From Candidatus Omnitrophota bacterium (GTDB lineage: Bacteria > Omnitrophota > Gorgyraeia > JACQQV01), in contig JACQQV010000046.1 in NCBI GenBank assembly GCA_016206785.1, positions 19,512-83,511 on the forward strand: DNA of 64,000 nt, given 5' to 3'. Position 1 is the first letter of the stretch, and each line of letters starts with the position of its first letter. The translations under genes were made by a program, and so were the position numbers. This document shows, in pieces, positions 44,713 to 54,949 of the stretch. The notes under the pieces are model-generated. The model saw only the letters and a list, made by a program, of their open reading frames with translations, did not search any database and was not told the DNA's origin.

Positions 44713-45624
44713 CTAGTCGATAATAGTGACTTCGGTACCGATCGGGACGATCGCATAAAGTTCCTCCACATCTTGATTGAACATCCGAACGCATCCTTTC
44801 GTGCCTTGCTTACCGATGGATTCCGGTTCCCGCGTCCCGTGGATCCCGTAGCCTGGCTCGTTTATTCCCAACCAGCGGGTCCCGAGAACATTCTCCGGAC
44901 TGTCCGAAGGGACCACCGCCCCAAGCGTATACCAAACAGGATTGACCAGTTTATTGACGATCTTAAATGTCCCGACCGGCGTGGAATTGTTCTCTCCCGT
45001 GGCTACGGGATAGACTTTGAAGATCTCCTCCCCCGCCTTGAGGGCCAAAGTGTTTTGGGATTTATCCACCACAACGCTAAAACGTGTGGCGGGCACTTTC
45101 AGTTTCATGCCTGGGCGAATCAGGTCGCTCTTGAGTTGATTCGCCCTTACGAGGAGTTCAACCGTCGTCCCGTGTGACTTTGCAATTTTCGCGAGGGAAT
45201 CCCCCGACTGGACCTGAACCGTTTTATCCATAGGAGTGACCGCGGGAGAAAAAAGGATCGCCATGTTCACTTTTCCAAGTTCCTCCTGGACGAGAGGGGC
45301 CATATTGGAATTTGGGAATTCATGAATGATTTTTTCGTAGGAGCGCTTGGCCTCAAGGAAATTCTTCTTTTCAGACTGCACCGCCCCTATGCCAAAATAT
45401 CCTTCATCCTTAAGATCGGGAGGTGCGTCCTCCGCCGTCATCTGTGTATAAACCTGAAGGGCCTCATCCAATTTCCCTTTGGAAAAAGCCTCTTTTGCTT
45501 GTCTCTGAAGCCCTCCGAGGAAAAGACCCCGACCGGGCCCTCTTTTTCCCAAGACAAAGTTCAGTCCGAGTCCGCCCGCAAGAAACAGAACAACCATCGC
45601 CACGACCTGCCATCGTCTCGTCAT
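44713..45624 (-). CDS. L,D-transpeptidase (YkuD) with LysM domain
   Basis: The LysM segment is [27 protein letters not shown]. The YkuD catalytic region is [24 protein letters not shown]. Confidence 0.8.
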   Translation of the reverse strand: MTRRWQVVAMVVLFLAGGLGLNFVLGKRGPGRGLFLGGLQRQAKEAFSKGKLDEALQVYTQMTAEDAPPDLKDEGYFGIGAVQSEKKNFLEAKRSYEKIIHEFPNSNMAPLVQEELGKVNMAILFSPAVTPMDKTVQVQSGDSLAKIAKSHGTTVELLVRANQLKSDLIRPGMKLKVPATRFSVVVDKSQNTLALKAGEEIFKVYPVATGENNSTPVGTFKIVNKLVNPVWYTLGAVVPSDSPENVLGTRWLGINEPGYGIHGTREPESIGKQGTKGCVRMFNQDVEELYAIVPIGTEVTIID

Positions 45625-45635
45625 GTAATCCCTCG

Positions 45636-46112
45636 CTATGATAAGTTAAAAAATAAAAGCGATAGAAAAATCCCCAAAAACGCGCCCATGATGACCTCTA
45701 CCGGCGTATGTCCCCAGAGTTCCTTCAAGCGATCTTCTCGAATCCCCTTCTTAAAATAGATGTCATCGATCATCTTGTTTAACAGTTCCGCCTGCTTCCC
45801 GCTGGCCCGTCGCACTCCCTGCGCATCAAACATGATGATAATGGCCACGACGGCTGTCACTGCAAAAATAGGAGAATCAAACCCAGAAACACAACCCACC
45901 GATGTGGCAAGACTCGTCACCCCCGCCGCATGGCTTGAGGGCATGCCACCCGTTTCGACGAACCAGTTGAAGTTAAACCGTTTCTCCCGAAGCACCCCCA
46001 GGACCACCTTCAGCATCTGCGCGGTGAACCAGGTCAGGAGTGTCACGCCGACGATGCGGTTTGCGCCGATCTCCCTTAAGAAATCGTGCATTTCTTGGGA
46101 AGGAACCGTCAT
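45636..46112 (-). CDS. divergent PAP2-family membrane protein (DUF212-like)
   Basis: 158 aa with the motif GGMPSSHAAGVTSLA and about four TM segments. Confidence 0.65.
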   Translation of the reverse strand: MTVPSQEMHDFLREIGANRIVGVTLLTWFTAQMLKVVLGVLREKRFNFNWFVETGGMPSSHAAGVTSLATSVGCVSGFDSPIFAVTAVVAIIIMFDAQGVRRASGKQAELLNKMIDDIYFKKGIREDRLKELWGHTPVEVIMGAFLGIFLSLLFFNLS

Positions 46113-46113
46113 C

Positions 46114-47208
46114 TTAACGTCCTGTAAAACCTTTTGCCCCGCTGTGGAAGCCCTTCAAAGCGAGATCCAGCTCATCCCGGTTGTCGGCATTCATCCGCGC
46201 ATCCTCCAGCGTGATCTTCCCGGTTTGATAGAGGGAGATGAGCGCCTGCTGAAAAGTCTGCATGCCGAAAATCGCGCCATCCTGGATGAAGGATGGAATC
46301 TGAATCGTTAACCCATCGTGGATGAGTCCTCGGATCGTGGGGGTGAGAAGCATCACTTCGCAGGCAGGGATCCTTCCCTTCCCGTCCTTCCGGGGAATGA
46401 GACGCAGGGAGAGTACCCCTTTGAGAAGAAGGGAAAGTTGTAATCGCACTTCGTGATGCTGGTAGGGGGGAAAGAAATTAATGATGCGCTCTACCGTTTG
46501 GGTCGTGTTGATGGTGTGCAAGGTGCTTATCACGAGCTGCCCTGTCTCGGCCGCTTGGATAGCGCTTGTCATCGTTTCCACGTCGCGGATGTCTCCGATA
46601 TAAATCACATCCGGGGTCTGCCGCATGATGTGGCGCAGGGCATAGTAGTAGGAACGGGTGTCTCCACCTATTTCCCGTTGACTGATAATCGATTTTTTGT
46701 CGCGATGGACGAACTCAATCGGGTCCTCGATCGTGAGAATGTGCTTTTCCATATTGGTGTTGATATAGTCAACGATACTGGCCAGGGTGGTTGATTTCCC
46801 ACATCCTGTTGAGCCTGTCACCAGGACAAGCCCTCGACTCTCCTGACAAAGACTCTCCAACACCTTGGTAGGGAGACCGAGCTCTTCAAAATTGGGAACG
46901 CTACTTTTAATGGAACGGAAGACCATGCCCATGGTTCCCCTCTGGTAGTAGACATTGGCGCGGAAACGTCCTACGCCCCCCACACTCATCGAGGTATCCA
47001 ATTCAAGGTTATCTTGAAATTGTCTCTCCTGTTCCTCTGTGAGGATCTCTTTGACAAAACCGGTCATATCCGTAGGGGTAAGGTTCTGGTCGCCCTCCGG
47101 AAAAAGTTTCCCATAAACACGAAAGCAGGGAGGGCAGCCGACCTTTAAATACAGGTCTGACGCCTCCTTAAGGAGCATCATCTTGAGGAGATCTTCTACT
47201 TTTCCCAT
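46114..47208 (-). CDS. pilT: type IV pilus retraction ATPase PilT
   Basis: Walker A GSTGCGKSTT, the Asp box and the His box of PilT/PilU-family secretion ATPases are present. Confidence 0.85.
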   Translation of the reverse strand: MGKVEDLLKMMLLKEASDLYLKVGCPPCFRVYGKLFPEGDQNLTPTDMTGFVKEILTEEQERQFQDNLELDTSMSVGGVGRFRANVYYQRGTMGMVFRSIKSSVPNFEELGLPTKVLESLCQESRGLVLVTGSTGCGKSTTLASIVDYINTNMEKHILTIEDPIEFVHRDKKSIISQREIGGDTRSYYYALRHIMRQTPDVIYIGDIRDVETMTSAIQAAETGQLVISTLHTINTTQTVERIINFFPPYQHHEVRLQLSLLLKGVLSLRLIPRKDGKGRIPACEVMLLTPTIRGLIHDGLTIQIPSFIQDGAIFGMQTFQQALISLYQTGKITLEDARMNADNRDELDLALKGFHSGAKGFTGR

Positions 47209-47226
47209 ACGTAAGCTCCTATTATA

Positions 47227-48627
47227 TCACTTCCCAATGCAGAATTGGGAGAAGATTTTGTCGAGGAGGTCTTCTGTGAAAACTTCCCCCACAATCTCCC
47301 CCACGTTCTCCAAGGCTTCTCGAAGATCCACCGCCACAATTTCCGGGGGGGCCGGATGACAAAGGTGCTCCATCGCTGAGTGTAACGCCTCCACGGCACG
47401 CGTGAGCGCCTCCTGATGGCGGACATTCGTCACGAGCGACCCTTCCGAAGAAAAGGTCTTCCCCTGCCACACCATTTGAGAAATCGCTTCTTCCAGATGA
47501 GCGATCCCCTCACCAGTAATGGCTGAAACGTTCACGACTCTCTTTCCGTTCTTTACGTCAAAGAGCCTTTTCAAATTGAGTTGCTGCGGAAGATCTTTCT
47601 TATTGACCACGCAGAGGCTCGGCCGGCCTTCGATCTGATGAAGCAGTGTTTCATCTTCATGGGTCTCCGGCTCACTCCCATCCAGAACAAGAAGGATAAG
47701 GTCCGCCCGTTCGAGGTAAGAGCGGCTACGGCGGATCCCTTCGACCTCAATCTGGGAATCGGTTTCTTGAATCCCCGCCGTGTCCACAAGACGAATAGGA
47801 ATACCACGGATATTCGCTGTTTCCTCTATGGCATCGCGGGTGGTGCCTGCAATCGGAGTGACAATCGCCCGGTTCTGGTGAAGCAAGGCGTTTAAGAGAC
47901 TCGACTTTCCCACATTCGGTCGGCCGGTGATCACGGTCGTGAGCCCTTCCCGAAAAACGATACCGGTCGAGGCGCTCTCTAGGAGATCTTTCATCTCTTG
48001 ATAAAGACGGGACAGTCGTCCAAGAAGTTCACGCTCACTTAAAATTTCAATATCCTCATCCGGGAAATCGATCGCCCCCTCGAGGTGGGCAAGAGACTCC
48101 AGGAGTTCAGCCTGAAACGTTTTTACCCTCTTTGAAAGAGCCCCTCCTAGCTGCTCGACAGCACAGCGAAGACTCGCATCGGTCTTCGCGTGAATGAGGT
48201 CCAACACCGCCTCCGCCTGTGAAAGATCGATCCGCCCATTTAAAAAAGCACGCTCGGTAAATTCGCCGGGCCGAGCGAGTCTCGCGCCCTCACGTATTAA
48301 AAGTTCTAAAATTTCCCGCAATGACACGGATCCTCCATGGCCATAGATCTCAATCATATCCTCGCAGGTATAGGTGCGGGGAGACTTCAGCACCAACACA
48401 AGCACTTCATCCAACAGGCGATCCTTCTCAGGGTCCGCGATATGCCCATAGAGCGCTCGGAAAGATTCGACTTGGGAAGGGAGAATCCCTGTTTTTGAAC
48501 GGAAGACCCGATCGGCGATTTCAAAACTCCTTTTCCCACTGACACGGATGACCCCGATGGCCGCTTCTCCAATCGGCGTTGAAATCGCTGCGATGGTATC
48601 TGCGGTTTCGTCTCTGACTTTTCTCAT
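47227..48627 (-). CDS. mnmE: tRNA modification GTPase MnmE
   Basis: The G-domain motifs GRPNVGKSSLLN and DTAG are present. The C-terminal CIGK (C-x-G-K) tail is present. Its start ATG overlaps the folC stop (ATGA). Confidence 0.9.
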   Translation of the reverse strand: MRKVRDETADTIAAISTPIGEAAIGVIRVSGKRSFEIADRVFRSKTGILPSQVESFRALYGHIADPEKDRLLDEVLVLVLKSPRTYTCEDMIEIYGHGGSVSLREILELLIREGARLARPGEFTERAFLNGRIDLSQAEAVLDLIHAKTDASLRCAVEQLGGALSKRVKTFQAELLESLAHLEGAIDFPDEDIEILSERELLGRLSRLYQEMKDLLESASTGIVFREGLTTVITGRPNVGKSSLLNALLHQNRAIVTPIAGTTRDAIEETANIRGIPIRLVDTAGIQETDSQIEVEGIRRSRSYLERADLILLVLDGSEPETHEDETLLHQIEGRPSLCVVNKKDLPQQLNLKRLFDVKNGKRVVNVSAITGEGIAHLEEAISQMVWQGKTFSSEGSLVTNVRHQEALTRAVEALHSAMEHLCHPAPPEIVAVDLREALENVGEIVGEVFTEDLLDKIFSQFCIGK

Positions 48628-50036
48628 AGGAATTTCAATTTCGGGACTAAGTCCCTTTTCGCCTTAGAAGCACCTCCAGGGAACAAGTCTAACCGTGAGA
48701 GGGACTTAGTCCCGCTCTTCCTCTGTGTCAATTCTAAAACCTCTCCAACCAGATACAACGATCCTGTGACCAGTATGACTCCGTGAGAGCCGAGTCGAGC
48801 CCGTGCCAAGGTAAGCGCCTCCTTAAGGGAAGGAGTGATTTGAAGGTCTCTGGAATAAGGAGAAGCATGTTCCTTCAATATCTCACCATCGAGTGCGCGA
48901 GCCGTTTGCGCCTGGGTCACGATCACCGTCTCTGCAAGGGGACAAAGTGTTTTACAGACTGCGGCGATCTCTTTATCGGCAGAGATCCCCAGGATAAGGA
49001 CGAGGGGTCGATCCTTAAAAAAATCTAAGAAAGTGTTTTTGAGAACCGAAGCGGAGGCGCCGTTCTGCGCCCCATCGACGATCAGGGTCGGGTTTCTCTT
49101 CAGAATCTGAAACCGTCCGGGCCAATCAACCTGTGAAAGCCCTTTCCGAATCGCCTGTTGAGACACCTCTACTCCTTTTTTGGAAAGGGCTGTACAGATT
49201 GCGATCGCCACAAGGGCATTGCGTATTTGATGTTCCCCTAAAAGGGGAAGAAAAAGGTCGGAAAGTTCCCCTGCCGGTCCTCGAACATGGAAACGGGTCC
49301 CCGCTTCACTCTTTTCGATGATCCGATAGGAATAAAGAGAAGGAACTTCGAGAACTTCGACAGGAACCTCTTTGGCTACCCTTCGGATTTCCAGGAGGGC
49401 CTCCGGTTCCTGGTGAGAAATGACCGCAAAGGCCCCCCTTTTCAAAATCTGTGCCTTCTCACAGGCGATGGCGGTCAAGGTTGTGCCAAGTTTATCCATA
49501 TGGTCAAAACTAATCGGTGTCACGGCCGCCGCCAGGGGATGGATGAGGTTCGTCGCGTCGAGACGCCCTCCCATTCCAACCTCTACCACCGCGACCTCGA
49601 CGCCTTGTTCCTTAAAGAAAAGAAAACTGAGCGCTGTGAACAGTTCGAAAAAAGTGAAGGAACCTGCCGGTGAAAGACGTTCAAGGACCGGTTTTATCTT
49701 CATGACAAGGGAAGCCAATTCCTCATCCAGAATCATCCGGTCTCCCATGCCCTTCTTTGAAATCCGAATCCTTTCCCGTCGGGTGACGAGGTGGGGAGAG
49801 GTATAGAGTCCGACGGAAAGGCCCGTCTCGCGAAGGATATGATAGACCATGGCACAGGTCGATCCTTTCCCACGACTCCCTGCCACATGAATGCTTTGAA
49901 ACGAGCCCTGCGGATTGCCGAGTGCTGAAAGGAGAAGACGCATCCTCCCCAATTTCATCACATCATAGGAATAGGTGGTGATCTTTTCGTAGTCGATGAG
50001 GGAATCTAAAAACTGCAGCGCTTCTGTTTCAGTCAT
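48624..50036 (-). CDS. folC: folylpolyglutamate synthase/dihydrofolate synthase, with ~30-aa C-terminal extension encoded by a family C repeat
   Basis: The Mur-ligase-type P-loop HVAGSRGKGST is present. The start was trimmed to MTETEALQF. The conserved end GSLYLVGEVLELTQRK is followed by SGTKSLSRLDLFPGGASKAKRDLVPKLKFL, encoded by 48642..48715. Confidence 0.8.
   Translation of the reverse strand: MTETEALQFLDSLIDYEKITTYSYDVMKLGRMRLLLSALGNPQGSFQSIHVAGSRGKGSTCAMVYHILRETGLSVGLYTSPHLVTRRERIRISKKGMGDRMILDEELASLVMKIKPVLERLSPAGSFTFFELFTALSFLFFKEQGVEVAVVEVGMGGRLDATNLIHPLAAAVTPISFDHMDKLGTTLTAIACEKAQILKRGAFAVISHQEPEALLEIRRVAKEVPVEVLEVPSLYSYRIIEKSEAGTRFHVRGPAGELSDLFLPLLGEHQIRNALVAIAICTALSKKGVEVSQQAIRKGLSQVDWPGRFQILKRNPTLIVDGAQNGASASVLKNTFLDFFKDRPLVLILGISADKEIAAVCKTLCPLAETVIVTQAQTARALDGEILKEHASPYSRDLQITPSLKEALTLARARLGSHGVILVTGSLYLVGEVLELTQRKSGTKSLSRLDLFPGGASKAKRDLVPKLKFL
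48642..48715. repeat. Family C element (copy 2): CGGGACTAAGTCCC ... GGGACTTAGTCCCGC terminal inverted repeats
   Basis: The 13-mer palindromes at 48643..48655 and 48701..48713 are separated by 45 nt containing ACGGTTAGAC. In copy 1 the same internal motif appears in the opposite orientation. Confidence 0.6.
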
Positions 50037-50037
50037 C

Positions 50038-51579
50038 TTAATGTTTAAAATGCCGGAGGTTCGTAACGACCATCGCGATCTCGGAGCAATCACAGGCCTC
50101 GATCACCTCACGGTCGCGGATCGATCCCCCCGGCTGAATGATGGCACGAATCCCGGCGCGTGCCGCCACTTCCACATTATCCGGAAAAGGGAAAAACCCG
50201 TCACTCGCCAAAACCGCCCCTTCACTCCTCGGTCCCGCCTTCTCAATTGCAAGTCTTACCGCGCCTACGCGAGAGGGTTGGCCTCCGCCGATTCCGACGG
50301 TCGCCTCCCCCTGGGCAACCACAATCGCATTGGAACGAACATGCTTCGCCACCTTAAAAGCGAAAAGGAGTGAACGGAGTTCTTGCGGGGTAGGTCTTCT
50401 TTTTGTCACCGTCTTAAGCTGCGACGCCCTTATTTCTCTTTCATCTTCCGTCTGGACAAGAAGGCCCCCTGAAACCTGCTTAAACGCCCTTTGAATCTTC
50501 CCTGCTCTTTTCAATGTGTCGAAGGGAACGAGTCTTAAATTCTTTTTGTTTTTTAGAACCCTGAGTGCGACCGGTCGGATAGCAGGGAAACCGATGACCT
50601 CCAAAAATCCACTTTCAACGATCTGTTTTGCCAAAGAAGGACCGAGCGTTCGATTCACTCCGATGACCCCGCCGAATGCCGATTCAGGATCAGACTCCCA
50701 TGCTTTTTGAAAAGCCTCCTCAAGCGTCTTTCCCGCACCGACGCCGCAAGGTCCTGCATGCTTTACAATCGCGACAGCCGGTTTCCGGAAATCGGTCACA
50801 AGCCGATAGGCGCTATCCAGATCCAAAAGATTATTAAAGGAAAGAGGCCTGCCCTGAAGCGAAAACTTTCCAGAGGAAAGGCCTTTCTCAACATCGTGGT
50901 AAAACGCTGCGGACTGGTGCGGATTCTCTCCGTATCGGAGCGTTTGAACTTTCCGAAAAGAGAGTTCAAGGACATCCGGAAACAGTTCCGCCCCATGCTC
51001 TCCGAAAAAGTCCCTGATGGCTCTGTCGTAGCGACAAGTCCTTCGGAAGGCCTGATAAGCGAGCTTCTTGTTTGCCGATTCCTGGATTCCAGAGTTCTTT
51101 TTCAGTTCACGAAGCACTTCCTCATAAAATTCGCAACCGGGGACGACGGTCACATGACGATAATTTTTCGCGGCGGCGCGAAGAAGGGCGACCCCGCCGA
51201 TATCGATGAGTTCAAGGGCCTTCGAAAGGTTCATCTTCCCTTTTCCGATTCCCTCTTCAAAAGGATAAAGATCGACGGCGACAAGGTCGATCGGTTCAAT
51301 CCCCTGTTGTCTGAGAGACCGGCGGTGCGACCGATTGGAACGGTCGGCTAAAATCCCTGCATGGATTTTGGGATGAAGGGTTTTGACTCTTCCGTCCAGA
51401 AGTTCCGGAAAACCGGTATAGTCGGAAACTTCGGTGACAGGAATCCGATTCGCCTTCAAAAGTTTAGCGGTCTTTCCGGTCGAAAGAATCTCGACGCCCA
51501 ACTGCACGAGGGTCTTGGCAAAGGGCACGATTCCCCTCTTGTCGTATACGCTTAAAAGGGCCCTGCGAATTTTAGGCAC
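50038..51579 (-). CDS. purH: bifunctional AICAR transformylase / IMP cyclohydrolase
   Basis: The N-terminal MGS-like domain (ALLSVYDKRGIVPFAKTLVQLGVEILSTGKT) and the AICARFT domain are present. Confidence 0.9.
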   Translation of the reverse strand: MPKIRRALLSVYDKRGIVPFAKTLVQLGVEILSTGKTAKLLKANRIPVTEVSDYTGFPELLDGRVKTLHPKIHAGILADRSNRSHRRSLRQQGIEPIDLVAVDLYPFEEGIGKGKMNLSKALELIDIGGVALLRAAAKNYRHVTVVPGCEFYEEVLRELKKNSGIQESANKKLAYQAFRRTCRYDRAIRDFFGEHGAELFPDVLELSFRKVQTLRYGENPHQSAAFYHDVEKGLSSGKFSLQGRPLSFNNLLDLDSAYRLVTDFRKPAVAIVKHAGPCGVGAGKTLEEAFQKAWESDPESAFGGVIGVNRTLGPSLAKQIVESGFLEVIGFPAIRPVALRVLKNKKNLRLVPFDTLKRAGKIQRAFKQVSGGLLVQTEDEREIRASQLKTVTKRRPTPQELRSLLFAFKVAKHVRSNAIVVAQGEATVGIGGGQPSRVGAVRLAIEKAGPRSEGAVLASDGFFPFPDNVEVAARAGIRAIIQPGGSIRDREVIEACDCSEIAMVVTNLRHFKH

Positions 51580-52360
51580 CTTCTCTTCCTTTCTCCGCCT
51601 TCAAGGTCTGAATCATCTTGCGTGTGAACTCTCCTACTTTTCCCCTCCCCACCATTCTTCCATCTATAGAGACGACCGGCATGACCCCCATCGAGGTATT
51701 GGTCAAAAAAATCTCATCTGCCCCATAAAGATTAAATCGGGTAAAAGGTTCTTCTTGAACGGCGATCCGCCGCTCATGCGCTTTTTCAATCACCTGACCG
51801 CGAGTAATTCCTCTTAACACGCCCAGAAAAGGTGGAGGGGTAAAAAGGGAGCCTCCTTTCACAAAAAAAATGTTTGAGATTTTTCCTTCTGTCACATACC
51901 CTTCTGAATCGAGATAGATTTCTTCAAAAGGACCCTCTAAAAATAGACCGTCCAGGGTCGAGAGAATTCCATTCATAAATTCTTTCACTTTCATCTGACC
52001 GTCGAGGGCAAGGAGGGCATTTCGTCGCGTCGGAGCGGTCCTGACAGAAACCCCTCTTTCATAAAAAGAAGAGGGGTGCCGCTTCGCCTCCTTCACAATG
52101 AGAAAGAACCGCGAGCCCTTTCCTTCCCGTAAAAACGCCATTCTCACATAGGCATCCGGATAAGGCTTCGAAGCGAGTTCCCGACGGAGACGAAGTCGAA
52201 TCTCCTCTCTGGAAAGGCCAAGGGAAAGTTGGAGAGAGCGGCTTGATTCAAACAGGCGGTCGAGATGTTCGTCCATCGCAACCAATTGTCGCCGATGAGA
52301 CCGTAGCGTTTCAAAAACCCCATCCTCCCAGAGAAGGATTGCAGGAAGATCAAACAGCAT
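51572..52360 (-). CDS. pabC: class IV aminotransferase-fold protein, aminodeoxychorismate lyase-like
   Basis: 262 aa with the class IV PLP fold. It overlaps pabB by 11 bp. The assignment rests mainly on adjacency. Confidence 0.6.
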   Translation of the reverse strand: MLFDLPAILLWEDGVFETLRSHRRQLVAMDEHLDRLFESSRSLQLSLGLSREEIRLRLRRELASKPYPDAYVRMAFLREGKGSRFFLIVKEAKRHPSSFYERGVSVRTAPTRRNALLALDGQMKVKEFMNGILSTLDGLFLEGPFEEIYLDSEGYVTEGKISNIFFVKGGSLFTPPPFLGVLRGITRGQVIEKAHERRIAVQEEPFTRFNLYGADEIFLTNTSMGVMPVVSIDGRMVGRGKVGEFTRKMIQTLKAEKGREGA

Positions 52361-53876
52361 GAAGTGGACTCCTCTCTCCTCTCATCGCCTCGACGAGCGC
52401 CTGTGCCTTGTGAAGACTCTCTTCGTATTCTCTCAGGGGATCCGAATCCGCAACGATACCGGAACCGACCTGAATGTAGGCATCGTCTCCTTTCAGGATA
52501 AAGGTGCGGATCACGATATTAAGATCCATTTCTCCGTTAAATCCTAAGTAACCGATTGAGCCGGTATAAATTCCCCGCGCCACCGGTTCCAGTTCATCGA
52601 TAATCTCCATACACCGGACCTTGGGAACGCCTGTGACCGTCCCCCCGGGGAAAAGGGCGCGGAGGATCCCAAAAAGATCATTTTCCTTTTTCAATTTTCC
52701 GACGATATTGGAAACGATGTGGATCACGTGGGAATATTCCTCGAGAGTCATCATCTCGTTCACATGAACCGTTCCATAGTCACAGATCCTTCCAAGGTCA
52801 TTCCGTTCAAGATCGATGAGCATCAGATGCTCCGCCCTCTCCTTGTCACTGAGGAGGAGTTCAATGCTTTTCTCCAGAGTCTCAAAGGAATCTTTTCCTC
52901 GAGGACGGGTCCCGGCAATGGGGCGGGTCTGAAGCCACTCCCCTTCCTTCTTTAAGAGCCTCTCCGGTGAGGAACTGACAATGGAAAAATCGCCAAAGTC
53001 AAAAAAGGAGGCGAAAGGAGAAGGGTTCACTTGCCGAAGAGCCTCATAGAGCAAATACGGATGCCCGACAAAGGAGCTGTGAAGGCGCTGGGAAAGATTC
53101 GCCTGAAAGATATCTCCTGAACGGATATACGCCTTCGCCCGTTCCACCATCCATTTGAATTCGGTCTCCGACATATTGGAAGAAATGGGAGAGCAGGTGA
53201 GAATTCCGAAAGAAGGAGGGAAAGTCTTGCGGAGTGCACCTTCCATCTCCTCCATCGCTTCCAGGGCTTTGGGGTACCCCCTCTCCCCTTCTTCCGTCGG
53301 GACATTCACAAGGAGATACGTCTTATTTTCAAGATGATCGAAGGCGATCAGGCGGTCGAAGAAAAGAAAAAAGGCATCCGGAAGGAGAAGATCGTCTTTT
53401 GCAAAATTCGGGAGCTTCTCAAAAAAGTGGCGGATTTCGTAACTCAAATAGCCGACCGCCCCCCCAGCGAAAGGAGGAAGTCCCCGAAGCCTCGGCGATC
53501 GATGCTGCGACAAAAGCCTCCGAAGAATCCTGAGGGGTTCTCCGCGCATCGATTCCGTCTCATCCCTTTTTTCCAGCCAGACCCAATCCCCTTTACTTTT
53601 AAAGACAAGGTACGGATCCCATCCTAAAAAGGAATAGCGGCCGGTTAAAGGGTGGCAACGGGCACTTTCAAGAAGAAAAGGATAGCGATGCGTGAGGACC
53701 TTCGAGAGAAGTTCACTTGGTGAACCTAAATTTGTAACTTCTTTTACAATAGGTACTAAGGAGAATTCTTTGGACAGCTCTAAAAATTGGGTGAGGGAAG
53801 GTGTCGCCATGGCAGGATGATTGTAGCACAGGGAGTGATGAGAGACAAGTGGGCTCTTCGTCGATTTAGACGCCAA
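52350..53876 (-). CDS. pabB: aminodeoxychorismate synthase component I (chorismate-binding enzyme family)
   Basis: The chorismate-binding C-terminal motifs (RGIYTGSIGYLGFNGEMDLNIVIRT and GSGIVADSDP) are present. It is paired with the pabC-like gene. The true start may be the internal M (MATPSLTQFLEL). Confidence 0.65.
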   Translation of the reverse strand: MASKSTKSPLVSHHSLCYNHPAMATPSLTQFLELSKEFSLVPIVKEVTNLGSPSELLSKVLTHRYPFLLESARCHPLTGRYSFLGWDPYLVFKSKGDWVWLEKRDETESMRGEPLRILRRLLSQHRSPRLRGLPPFAGGAVGYLSYEIRHFFEKLPNFAKDDLLLPDAFFLFFDRLIAFDHLENKTYLLVNVPTEEGERGYPKALEAMEEMEGALRKTFPPSFGILTCSPISSNMSETEFKWMVERAKAYIRSGDIFQANLSQRLHSSFVGHPYLLYEALRQVNPSPFASFFDFGDFSIVSSSPERLLKKEGEWLQTRPIAGTRPRGKDSFETLEKSIELLLSDKERAEHLMLIDLERNDLGRICDYGTVHVNEMMTLEEYSHVIHIVSNIVGKLKKENDLFGILRALFPGGTVTGVPKVRCMEIIDELEPVARGIYTGSIGYLGFNGEMDLNIVIRTFILKGDDAYIQVGSGIVADSDPLREYEESLHKAQALVEAMRGERSPLHAV

Positions 53877-54891
53877 ATTTAATGTTTAAAACATCTCCCT
53901 CCTGAACGATATACTCCTTCCCTTCCAGACGGAGACGCCCCTTTTCGCGCAGGGTGTGGAGGGAGCCATGGGTGAAAAGTTCTTCACAGGAAAAGACCTC
54001 GGCCTTGATGAATCCCCTTGCCATATCGGTGTGGATTTTCCCTGCAGCATCCAGAACATTTTTCCCTTTTTGAAGGGACCAGGCTCTCGCCTCCTCCCCA
54101 ACCACCGTGAAAAAGGAAATGACATGAAAGGCCTGAAAGGCGGCGCGGAGAAAACTTTCCCTGGCGAGCTGTTCAATTCCGAGGTCTGTTATAAAACTTT
54201 TCCGCTCCGATTCCTCGAGTTCAAGGAGTTCTTTCTCAGTCTTTGCGCAAAACGCAATCCAAGGAAACCCAACTTTTGCAATGTCATCAAGGACAACACC
54301 TTTTTTTCCAATATCCCTTTCTGCAATGTTCACGATCAGTGAAAGAGGTTTTTTGGATAAAAATTCATAGGGCTTAAGCCATTTTTCTTCCTCCGGCGTA
54401 AAGGAAATTTTCCTGAGCGGTGTTTGTTTCTGAAGGGCGTCTTGACACTTCACAAGAACCGGATGTTCTTTTTCCCTTTCTTTCCTTCCCTTTTTCAAAT
54501 CTAATTCCAATTTCTGAAGAGTCGGTTCCAACACTTCTACATCTTTGAGTAGAAGTTCAGAGGAAATCGTTTGAAAATTCAGAATGGGTTTTGCGTCGGG
54601 GCTGTATGCGTTGAGGACAAGGGTAAATCCATCCGCTTCCCGTACCTGCGCAAAATTGAGTCCTTTATCAGGGGTGGCACAAAGCTGCGGGGAATCGAGG
54701 AGCTCTAGGTGGAGATACGTCTTCTTTCTGGAGTGAACGATATCCGCAAGGCGATCAAGCCGCTCGTCGAAAAAGGAAAGGGTTGCAATGGAACTTTTTT
54801 GATGGTCCGAAGGATGGGATTGAGGGCCAACGATGGCAAAAAAAGTGGTTGTCTTTCCGGATTGTGGAGGCCCGATGAGTGCGATTTTCAT
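53866..54891 (-). CDS. Obg/YchF-like GTP-binding protein with C-terminal TGS-like domain
   Basis: The P-loop is MKIALIGPPQSGKTT. The C-terminal end is VQEGDVLNIKFGV (YchF ends IVQDGDVMHFRFNV). Confidence 0.55.
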   Translation of the reverse strand: MKIALIGPPQSGKTTTFFAIVGPQSHPSDHQKSSIATLSFFDERLDRLADIVHSRKKTYLHLELLDSPQLCATPDKGLNFAQVREADGFTLVLNAYSPDAKPILNFQTISSELLLKDVEVLEPTLQKLELDLKKGRKEREKEHPVLVKCQDALQKQTPLRKISFTPEEEKWLKPYEFLSKKPLSLIVNIAERDIGKKGVVLDDIAKVGFPWIAFCAKTEKELLELEESERKSFITDLGIEQLARESFLRAAFQAFHVISFFTVVGEEARAWSLQKGKNVLDAAGKIHTDMARGFIKAEVFSCEELFTHGSLHTLREKGRLRLEGKEYIVQEGDVLNIKFGV

Positions 54892-54949
54892 AAAGATATC
54901 TTAACACAAAGGAATTTTTTTGCTATGATGAATTGCCTATGGAGGAAAA

